Shown in pieces: positions 10,806 to 20,457 of a stretch of 64,000 bases of DNA (its first letter is position 1; each line of letters opens with the position of its first letter). Origin of the DNA: Phyllobates terribilis (taxonomy: Eukaryota); contig NW_027362764.1 in the NCBI RefSeq assembly GCF_046119375.1, forward strand, positions 520,118,001 through 520,182,000, given 5' to 3'. The position numbers were made by a program, and so were the translations under genes. The notes under the pieces were generated by a model that was given only the letters and a program-made list of their open reading frames with translations, did not search any database and was not told where the DNA came from.

Positions 10806-13084
10806 GAGCGTCTTCTGAACAGTTTGTCAGCTTTTGGACACCTTTGAAGGTGTTTTCTATGTGTTTCTATGTGTTTTTGTTTGCCGGCCATTGGTTTTAA
10901 CGGTGTTCGACGGTGTTCTAAGGTGTTCGGCGAACAGTTCGACGAACAGTTCCTCGAACATCCCGGTGTTCGACGAACCAAACCGAACCCGAACACTATG
11001 GGGGTGGCTCAACACTAATCAAGGTATAATTTTATTCAGCTTTCTATGACCTACATGCCCATATTGACAGAGTAGGAGGGTTGATCCTAGTGCCAGATTT
11101 TATTTAACCTGAAGAGGAATCAGTATGTGTAAGATTGTGCCTGCATGTATAGAAATATGCATAAAACATGCTTGCTTGTGTAAAACTATGTCCTTGTGTA
11201 AAACTGCATATGAAATGGCAGAAACTGAGGTCCAACATAGCCTTCATAACATAGCTTGGCTCTGTTAGTGCATCTCAGTACTGAGTTTAGTTCTTCATGT
11301 ATCTTAGTTCTGAACTTTGTTCTGTTAGTGCATCTTAGTTCTGAGCTTTGTTGTGTTAGTGCATCTTAGTTCTGTTTGCATATTTTTGTGTGAAGCTTTA
11401 TTTTTATGTACACAGCTTAGTTTTTTTTACTGTCTTTAAGCCTTTTTTAGTTGCTGCTGAGGTTCTATTAATGTATCTATGTACTAGTACTAGGCACAGT
11501 GCATGGCATAACATTTTCTTGTCTCCCCCAAAAATATAACTAAAAACCAATAAATAAATTACATATACAGTGGGCAAAATAAGTATTTGATACACTGCTG
11601 ATTTTGCAAGTTTTCCCACCTACAAAGAATGAAGAGGTGTGTAATTTTTATCGTAGGTACACTTCAACTCTGGGAGTCAAAATCTAAAATAAAAGCCAGA
11701 AAGTCACATTGTATGGTTTTTAAATAATTCAATTGCATTTTATTGCATGAAATAAGTATTTGATCACCTACCAACTAGCAAGAATTCTGGCTCTTGCAGA
11801 CCTGTTAGTTTTTCTTTAAGAAGCCCTCCTACTCTGCACTCATTACCTGTATTAATTGCATCGGTCTGAACTTGTTACCTTTATAAAAGACACCTGTCCA
11901 CACAATCAATCACACTCCAACCTCTCTACCATGGCCTTGGCCAAGACCTTAATGACCAGTGTAAAGTGCCTTGATGACCTTAAGTCATCAATATTTACTC
12001 ATTGAGGCGTGGAGGAGTTTGACCTTGGGAATCCCACTGTCAGCAGAGTAAAGAGGGTTGATCACTAAATCCTAGTGGTCCCTTCCCTGATTATCCATGA
12101 ACAGTGGGTCATCTCTACATATTTTGCAGCTTGGCCCAATGTACATGAATTTATTTTGTTCTGCTGAAGACAAGGGGCACGTAGTGTGAAACCCCCAGCA
12201 ATTAAACATTAGCAGCTTATTCTACAGATATACTATTAGTGTTTTATTCATGGAAAATCTTTTAAAGTTATAGGGCCCAATTCATGAAGGTATTTTTTTC
12301 CTGTATTTTTTCCAAAGAGCTGTCTAAGGACACCAGGGACAAAATTGTAGACCTGCTGGCTGGGATGGGCTACAGGACAATAGGACAATAATCTTCCTCG
12401 GTCTGGGGCTCCATGCAAAATCTCGCCTCGTGGGGTAAGGATGATTCTGAGAAAGGTCAGGAATCAGCTCAGAACTACATGGGAGGACCTGGTCAATGAC
12501 CTGAAGAGATCTGGGACCACAGTCTCAAACATTATCGTTAGTAACACACTACGCCGTCATGGATTAAAATCCTGCTGGGCACGCAAGGTCCCCCTGCTCA
12601 TGCCAGCACATTCCCAAGCCCGTTTGAAGTTCGCCAATGACCATCTAGATGATCCAGAGGCGGCATGGGAGAAGGTCATGTGATCAGATGAGACCAAAAT
12701 AGTACCTTTTGATATCAACTACACTCACCGTTTTTGGAGGAAGAAGAAGGATGAGTACAAACCCAAGAACACCGCCCCAACCATGAGGCATGGGGGGGGG
12801 GAACATCATACTTTGGAGGTTCTTTTCTGCAAAGGGGACAGGATGACTGCACCGTATTGAAGGGAGGATGGATGGGTTCATGGATCGCAAGATTTTGGAC
12901 AACAACCTCCTTCCCTCAGTAAGAGCATTGAAGATGGGTTGTGGCTGGGTCTTCCAGCATGACAATGACCCGAAGCACACAGCCAGGGCAACTAAGAAGT
13001 TGCTCCGTCATAAGCATTTCAAAGTCCTGGAGTGGCCTAGCCAGTCTCCAGACCTTAAGCCAATAGAAAATCTTTGCAGGGAGC

Positions 13085-14637
13085 TTTTATGCACACGCCC
13101 GGACTGACTGGCGTGTGCGTGATTAGTGATCCCACTGTACCATGAACCGAGGAGTGCCTGGAGGGGCGTAACTAAGTATCAACCCAATCCGACCAAGGTC
13201 GCACGGCAGCTCAGTCGACCCCGGACACGGCTGTTGACCCACACCGTGGAATGCAGGAACAGGCAGGTTAGGATGGCATACAGGCAGGTGGGTATTGGCA
13301 GGCATGGCTGGTATGCAGACAGGTGGGTACTGGTAAGCACGGCTGGTATGCAGACAGGTGGGTACTGGCAAGCACGGCTGGTATGCAGACAGGTGGGTAA
13401 GAGCAAGCACGGCTGGCATGCAGACAGGTGGGTACTGGCAAGCACGGCTGGCATGCAGACAGGTGGGTACTGGCAAGCACGGCTGGCATGCAGACAGGTG
13501 GGTACTGGCAAGCACGGCTGGCATGCAGACAGGTGGGTACTGGCAAGTATGGCTGGTGTGCAGACAGGGAGGTACTAGCAGGTTGGAGCGCAGGCTGGAT
13601 AGGGTCCAGTACAGACTGGGACAGGAACAGAGCCGCAGATGCGGTAGACAAGCAGAGTAAAGCGAAACCGCTGCAGCGGTGGACAAAGCAGAGCAGAGCG
13701 AAACCGCTGGAGCGGTGGACAAGGCAGAGCAGAGAGGAACCGCCGGAGCGGTGGACAAGGCAGAGCAGAGAGGAACCGCCGGAGCGGTGGTCAAGGCAGA
13801 GCAGAGCGAAACCGCTGGTGCGGTGAGCAAGCAGAGCAGAACAGGGCTGAAGGTGCAGGCAGAGAGGCCAGGGCTCTGTTCACATGGAACAGACTGGAAA
13901 ATACAGGAAGATGGTTAGAACACAGGAGGTAGAAACGGAGGAAGGGAAAAGGGACAAGCAGAAACAGATACACACAAGGTACTTACAATGAAGTAGCAAG
14001 TGGACTCTAAACTCACAAACAGAAGTACAGAGACAACGAGTTGGAGTTAGGTGCAGGTTCAGACACTGCAGGAAAAGGGAAGGTATGGACATAGAGACAA
14101 ACAGGTAACAGGCTAAGAGACAGTTCAGACAGGAACTGACACTGCAACGAGATACAGGAACGAGCCTGGGTATACAGCCCCCAGGATGGCAGAAACAGAC
14201 TAGAAGTCACAGGTAACAGGCCTGGGTATACAGCCCTCATGATGGCAGAAACAGACTAGAAGTCACAGATACAGGTAACAGGCCTGGGTATGCGGCCCCC
14301 AGGGTGGCAGACAGACTAGAGTCAGGACAGGGCCTGGCAACTAACAGTTGCACAGAACACAGACTGTAAGAAAGTGTTGCTCAGGCACCGCCCCCTGGGT
14401 GGAGGGGGTTTAAGTATCCAGTGACTCACAGCAATAGGCTGGGGACACATTAGGAGTGAGCCCACTGCAGCTATAAGAATCAGGAAGTAACCGGGCCGCC
14501 GCCCTAAGAAATCAGACAAGAGACATGCACACAGCATGAACTGGAGCAAGGTTTGCAGGCTGGACTGATGGGTAAGATTGCGGTCTTGCATGGTGGGAGG
14601 TGGTGCACTATGCAAGCACGCCACCAAGGATGTTACA
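13085..14637 (-). mobile_element. Solo LTR (chromovirus family shared with 51322-52875)
   Basis: 5-bp TSD GGAGC (13080-13084, 14638-14642). Homologous in reverse to 51322-52875. Internal 35-bp and 36-bp tandem arrays. Confidence 0.92.
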
Positions 14638-14961
14638 GGAGCTGAAACTCAATGTTGCCAAGCCCCAATACCTGAAAGATCTGGAGAAGATCTGTATGGA
14701 GGAGTGGGCCAAAATCCCTGCTGTGCAAACTTGGTCAAGAACTGCTGAAAACGTCTGACCTCTGTAATTGCAAACAAAGGTTTCTATACCAAATATTAAG
14801 TTCTGTTTTTCTATTGTATCAAATACTTATTTCATGCAATAAAATGCAAATTAATTATGTAAAAATCATACAACATGATTTTCTAGTTTTTATTTTTACA
14901 TTTTGTCTCTCACAATTGAAGTGTACCTACAATAAAAATTACAGACCTGTCCATTCAAATA

Positions 14962-16121
14962 CTGTATATACTCGAGTATAAGCCGACCCGAGTATAAGCT
15001 GCAGTACCTAATTTTACCACAAAAAACTGGGAAAATTTATTGACTCAAGTATAAGCCTAGGGTGGGAAATGCAGCAGCAACTGGTACATTTCCCCATTCT
15101 GGTAAGTATTGCCCCTTCATCCCCAATCCTGGTATGCATGGCCCCTTCATCCCCAATCCTGGTATGCATTGCTCCCTCATCTCCAATCCTGGTATGCATG
15201 GCCCCCTCATCCCTAATCCTAGTATGCATGGTCCCCTCATCCCCAGTCCTGGTATGCATGGTCCCCTTATCCCCAATCCTGGTATGCATATCCCCCAATC
15301 CTGGTATGCATGGTTCCCTCATCCCCAATCCTGGTATGTATAGGACCCCTCATCCCCAATCCTGGTATGCATATCCCCCAATCCTGGTATTTATGGCCTC
15401 CTCATCCCCCAATCCTGGTATTTATGGCCTCCTCATCCCTCAATCCTGGTATGTATAGGACCCCTCATCCCCCAATCCTGGTATGCATGGCACCCCCTCA
15501 TCCCCCAATCCTGGAATGTATAGGACCCCTCATCCCCCAATCCTGGTATGTATGGCCTCCTCATCCCCCAATCCTGGTATGCATGGCCTCCTCATCCCCC
15601 AATCCCAGTACGTGTGGCCTCCTCACCCCCAATCCTAGTATGTATGGCCCCATCACCACACACATGAAAAATTAAACACTTATACTCACCTTCCTTCTTC
15701 ACCTCTGCTCCAGCGCTGCATCCTGTTCTCCTGCTGCAACTCATGTCAGCATCTGAGCAGCGCATGGCGTCACAGCCATGCACTCTCAGACACTGATGTG
15801 AGCTGCTGCCGGCATATTCACTCCTCTCCACGCCGGGACTATGTGCGTGGAGAGGAGCGAATATGCATTCTCTTTAATAGCGGGCACTGTCAGTAGGAGC
15901 CGCAGCTCAGCGCTCCTCAATGCCCGCTACTAAAGAGAATGAATATTCAGAGAGGGAATATTCATTACCCTTTAGCAGGGGGCACACGTGGTAGCTGCAG
16001 CTGCGGCTACTGCCTGTGCCGCGCTCCTCCGCCACCGCAACCCGCTCCTCCACCGCCACTGCAACACCCCCCTCCCACTATCCACCAACGGAATCTCTAT
16101 ATGCTCGGGTATATACCACGG
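14962..16121. mobile_element. Tc2/Tigger-like MITE (Tc1/mariner superfamily)
   Basis: TIR C(C/T)GTATATACTCGAGTATAAGC, TA TSD at 14960-61 and 16122-23. Inserted inside the Tc1 right TIR. Confidence 0.8.
15105..15650. repeat. ~30-bp minisatellite inside the MITE
   Basis: ccccaatcctggtatgcatggccccctcat units, roughly 18 copies. Confidence 0.9.
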
Positions 16122-17214
16122 TACTTATTTTCCACATTGTATGCTAAAATGCCTCTAATAAAACTGCAAACACTTTTATAACTATGTCAGTGGGAAAAGC
16201 TATGGTATTGGGAATCCCATGCCCTGAAGGCCAGAGTTAAACTGGCGGTATTTGCGCATAGCGATAACATAGAGCAATTCATGCTGCAGGGCCCTAGACA
16301 CCTCAGTGCGACACTGCCCAAATGTAAAGTCTATATTTGCTTAGGCAGCAGTATTATTCCTTTAGTTTACACAATATACTGAATTAACCTTTTTAGTATT
16401 CTTTTTATTCTTAGATTTATTGCTACCTTTTCATCAGATATTATTTCAGAAGCTGAAAATCAGCAAATTATCCAGTTTATCATTTTTGACAAAACAGAAC
16501 TCACATGAGTTCCCAAGATTTATTAGCTACTCTCCAAAAACAATTGTGTGCCTCCAGTGATCATGATCGCAATGTATTAACATTATCTTTCCATATACAC
16601 AGTTTTATCACATTCTTTATTGTTCCAATCTTAGTGAGATTGTGACAAGGAAAATTATACATATTTGGTATTAAAACACTTGACTAAAAGCAAAGCCCTC
16701 AATCTTCAGCTTCATGGTGCTAAAATGGTGTGTTTTCCTACTTTTCACAAAATGTCATCTTTAACTTTGACAATGATATCTTACCAAGTGATTTTGAGTT
16801 CAAACCTAAATCTTAATGAATGCACTATATTCTGCCTGTGAATGAGAATAGACATTTCAGTGCCCATAGCAAACCTCAGAATGACTTATAGTCATATTTC
16901 CTTTACTAATTCATCAGTGTTGTTTTATAGATAAACTTTGCAATAAAAGTATGAAGATACAAAAGTACAGTATGTGTAATATAAGATGAAGGCATAAATC
17001 GCTGACTTATACTCACAGAAGACAGTAGAGACCTTTCAGTTGATTTCCGTTTTCAGAAAAGATTATAATTGCTGCAGTTGGTGACAAAGATATTCAAACA
17101 TATTCAGAGATAAAGCATGGGGTAGTGTAAAATTATCCATTAGTCAATGAAACAATGGAATACTTATACTATGGGAAGTAAAATTACATTAGTTAAATAG
17201 TAACTGTCTTTTAA

Positions 17215-18005
17215 CCCCTTCCTGACGCGGCCAATTTCATCAATACAATCTCGGCGATACTAAACATATTCAGTTTTTTTTTTTGCGATTTTAACTGTGA
17301 GAAAAAAAATCAGAAGTTTTAAAAAAATGTTTTTGGGTTGTACCACCATTTTCCAAGACCTGTAACATTTTTACTTTTGGGTCGTTGAAGCCGTGTGAAG
17401 GTTTATTTTTGTAAGGCAGGATAACGTTAATATCATGTTGGGATAGATATGACATTTTGATCGCTTGTTACAGCATTTTATGTGATATTACAGTGACCAA
17501 AAAAACTTTTTTTCTGTTTACGGTGTCTACAAATTGTGATATTTATTCTTATATTTTTATAGATTGGGCTTTTTTGAATGTGGCGATACCACATACGAAT
17601 GTGTATGTGTATTTTTTATATTATTTTTATTTTTGATGGGGGAAAAAGAAGGGCGATTTGAATTTTTATGCTTTTTTTTCACTTTGTTTTACTTTTCACT
17701 GTATTTATTATTATGAACCTGCGATTGTCTAATTGATTGTGCTATATATGCTGCATATAGCACAAGCAGAGTTTCAAGGGAACTCTGTAATGACAAGCAC
17801 TGAGGTCTTCAACAGACCCCCGGTTGTCCTAGCAACGTACCAGCGCCTTGCGATCACGTCATGAGTGCGGCGATGGACTCACAGAATGACGTGCCACCAT
17901 GCTGTAGCGTTGTTAACGCCACTGTCAGAGTTTGACAGCGCCGATCAACAGGCATAGTGCCACCCGCGGTTGTTAGAGGCAGGTCCTGGCTGTAACACAC
18001 AGTCA
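17215..18005. mobile_element. Truncated piggyBac-like non-autonomous element
   Basis: TTAA|CCCCTT start at 17211-17220. Internal similarity to the 41700-42900 part of the larger element. Right end missing. Confidence 0.6.
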
Positions 18006-18010
18006 TGCCT

Positions 18011-18053
18011 GGACCTGTAGAAGCGTGATAGACACGCGAAACGGCCGTCGTCC
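18011..18053 (+). ncRNA. Minimal type-I hammerhead ribozyme motif, degenerate (A6U)
   Basis: Stem I GGAC/GTCC, core CTGTAGA+A, stem II GCGTG/CACGC, GAAA, palindromic helix III CGGCCG, GTC cleavage triplet. AATAAA about 35 nt downstream. Confidence 0.75.
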
Positions 18054-19574
18054 GCAAAAGGCGCCGCTTCCCTGCATTTTTAATGGAAATGGAATAAAAG
18101 AAGATTTTATTACATCGGTGTGCCATCTCGCTTTCTTCATGTATGAATTGTGACTACATCAGTAATAATTAATTGGGGTGTATGGTATATATTCATATTT
18201 ACATCCCATTATATTACAACCACAATTTTGAATTGTATAATGTTTAACATATATTCCACTATATGTAACTTTAAATCCTAGTTACTTTAATTGTTGCTAT
18301 ATATCCTTCATATCCCAGTATATTTTGTCATTCCCTTAAATCGTGTCTGGCACCTTTTTAAGCTGATCCGTGTTTTTTATGTGGTTTTAACTTCATCTTG
18401 TTCTATCTAGTCCTCACCTGTTGTTCTGGTCGGTTTCCTTGTGTTTCGTGGTGGAGTTCTCTGTGTTGGTCGTTGTTTGGCTGTATCCTTGGGGTGATCT
18501 CGGCAGACCTTTGTAAAAAAGGAAAAGAAAAATATAAGAAGAAAAGACTGGAGCCTTTACTTGAAATTGGATCAACAAACAGCATAAATTCAAACTGTGG
18601 ACTTTCCAAAAAAAAGAAAAAATATGTATGTGTGTAGTAATGATATAACCAGTTGTATTTGGAGTAACTATATGTGTCTTATTACATTATTATTATGTAC
18701 TACACCAACTATTTATATTTTGTATCACTTTTACATGTCACTGTAAAACATAGTATGTATATGAATTTAATTATTTTTATTACTTTCGCAACATTATTTT
18801 ACACATGTCACTTGATACACGTTTCAGCATATTATTATATCATATATATAAATTTTTTTTTTTTTTTCCATGTATATCACACACCATTTTTATTTTTTCA
18901 CACTTATGTTTTACATGTCACCATATAGCTCATCATTTACATAGTTTTAATTATCCCTTCCACTACCTTATTATACACATTTTACACTATTTATACATGT
19001 TATTATTTTGCACTTCACTTATAATGTTTTTTTATTACTATGACTCCTATAGCACTATCTGCACATGTCACTGTATCTTTACTTCATTATATTATATTCT
19101 GTTTTTTCATCATTCACATTACAAAATTACATTCAATAATTTTTAATCACCTTTATATTTCATACTTTACACAATAATGGACATTAATTTGTTTATATCA
19201 CTTTATAATTCATATAGAGTATTTTACATTTATATTATATATGTGTCATAAATGGCATCTGTTGCAATTAATTCATTTATATATTTATATTGTATAATTG
19301 ATGTCATTTAATATGCAGCGCACTTTTTACATAAGTGCACTTTTATATAGTGCACTTTTGCTACTTTGATATTTTCACTGTTATTTAATATATTCATATC
19401 ATTACTCTATAGCTATCATGATCACATTGTCACATTTGGATTTAATCACTGGTAAAGCTGTTATCGCACCATGTTTGATGGGGTTCAAATCATACACGAT
19501 GGGAAATGCAACGTTTATCCACTCACAGGCGCAATCCAAGCTTCGCTACTCCTATATGGGGAATTCATCACGGA

Positions 19575-19775
19575 GAGTGCGCATGAGCATGAGCGGACCC
19601 GTGGGACTTCCGGTCTTGCGCACCATACACAGCGTGCGTTCCACCGCATGCGTGTCAGGCGCCATATTCCGGAAGTCCTGTTACATACACGGGATTCCCA
19701 GTAATGCGGTCATGCGCCAAAATCACTCCGACATTGATGATTATTGAAATTAGCTGGTGGGGGACTTATAAAAAC
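19575..19775 (+). promoter_or_regulatory. Putative PLE promoter (CpG-rich, TATA)
   Basis: GC-rich island with GCGCATG, CCGGAAGT/ACTTCCGG and GCCAT motifs, and TATAAAA at 19767-19773 about 25 nt before the ribozyme. Repeated at ~24720-24920. Confidence 0.6.
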
Positions 19776-19798
19776 GGAAGGCTGCGCACATAGTACAC

Positions 19799-19842
19799 GC
19801 CCCTATTGAAGAAGCACATTAGCGAAACGGCGTCGTCGGGGC
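19799..19842 (+). ncRNA. Minimal type-I hammerhead ribozyme, variant core
   Basis: GCCCC-TA-TTGAAGA-AGC-acatta-GC-GAAA-CGGCGTC-GTC-GGGGC. Helix III is self-complementary. Confidence 0.8.
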
Positions 19843-19893
19843 AGGCTCTTCTAAGGAGACCTCCAGATACACAGTGCTATCAATAATCCCTTT

Positions 19894-20439
19894 GTAAGTA
19901 TAATGGCCGGCTCAATTTGGATACTACTATAGGCATCTAATACTTAGGTCCCAATTACACTATATTTACTTGAACTACTTTGGCACTTTATAATATGAAT
20001 ATATTCTCTAATTATTTTGGTACTTGATATTTATCTATGATACTTGGCTTTGTATTCTATATACTGTGCACAATAGTAATTAAGAGCATTTTTGTGGGAA
20101 TAGTGCAATTTATTCTGATGTCCTAGTTTATATGGGCCTGGAGTCATATCAAAATTCTTGCAGGTATATTAATTAGGGATAATATTATATGTGACTGAAT
20201 TGATTTGGAGGGGTCTCCTTTAATGTTTTTAGTTTTCTGCTTTTACTTATCTTTTATTGTATTTTCATGAATTATATTCTTAAATTGCTGAAATAAAAGA
20301 ATGATTTTATTAGATTTTGTTGTATATCTTCCTTAAACCAGGTTTATAACTGTGGTTTGTGTGTGTAAAGATTCTATGGCGGAGGAATATTTATTGACCT
20401 TTTTTGATATAAACTAATTGTGTACTGTTTTTTGAACAG
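19894..20439 (+). other. Spliceosomal intron in the PLE 5' leader
   Basis: GTAAGT donor, ACTAAT branch point (20413-20418), T-tract and ACAG acceptor 18 nt before the ATG at 20458. Confidence 0.7.
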
Positions 20440-20457
20440 ATGGTCTAACAATTTAAA

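Larger units (their letters stand above)
8480..11017. mobile_element. Non-autonomous hAT-like DNA element with large internal palindrome (left end not found)
   Basis: Right terminus ...GGTGGCTCAACACTA matches the TAGTGTTGAGCCACC terminus at 59986 and has GTTCG-rich subterminal repeats. No transposase. The hAT assignment is inferred from the terminus type. Confidence 0.6.
11568..16139 (+). mobile_element. Degenerate Tc1-like transposon carrying three nested insertions
   Basis: TA-flanked CAGTGGGCAAAATAAGTATTTG left TIR. Transposase remnants at 11931-11948, 12314-13084 (QHDNDPKH...WPSQSPDL) and 14638-14795. The right TIR is split by a MITE and ends ...CACATTG|TA at 16139. Confidence 0.85.
18148..20416 (+). 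repeat. Upstream pseudo-LTR of the PLE
   Basis: Near-identical to 23515-25561 except for an extra ~220 bp at ~18860-19080. Confidence 0.93.

Noticed and set aside
13123-13973. Cys/Ala-rich ORFs (also 51886-52837)
   Set aside because: Translations of 35- and 36-bp LTR tandem arrays.
15014-15675. PNPGMHG-repeat protein-like ORFs
   Set aside because: A 30-bp minisatellite inside a MITE, open in most frames.
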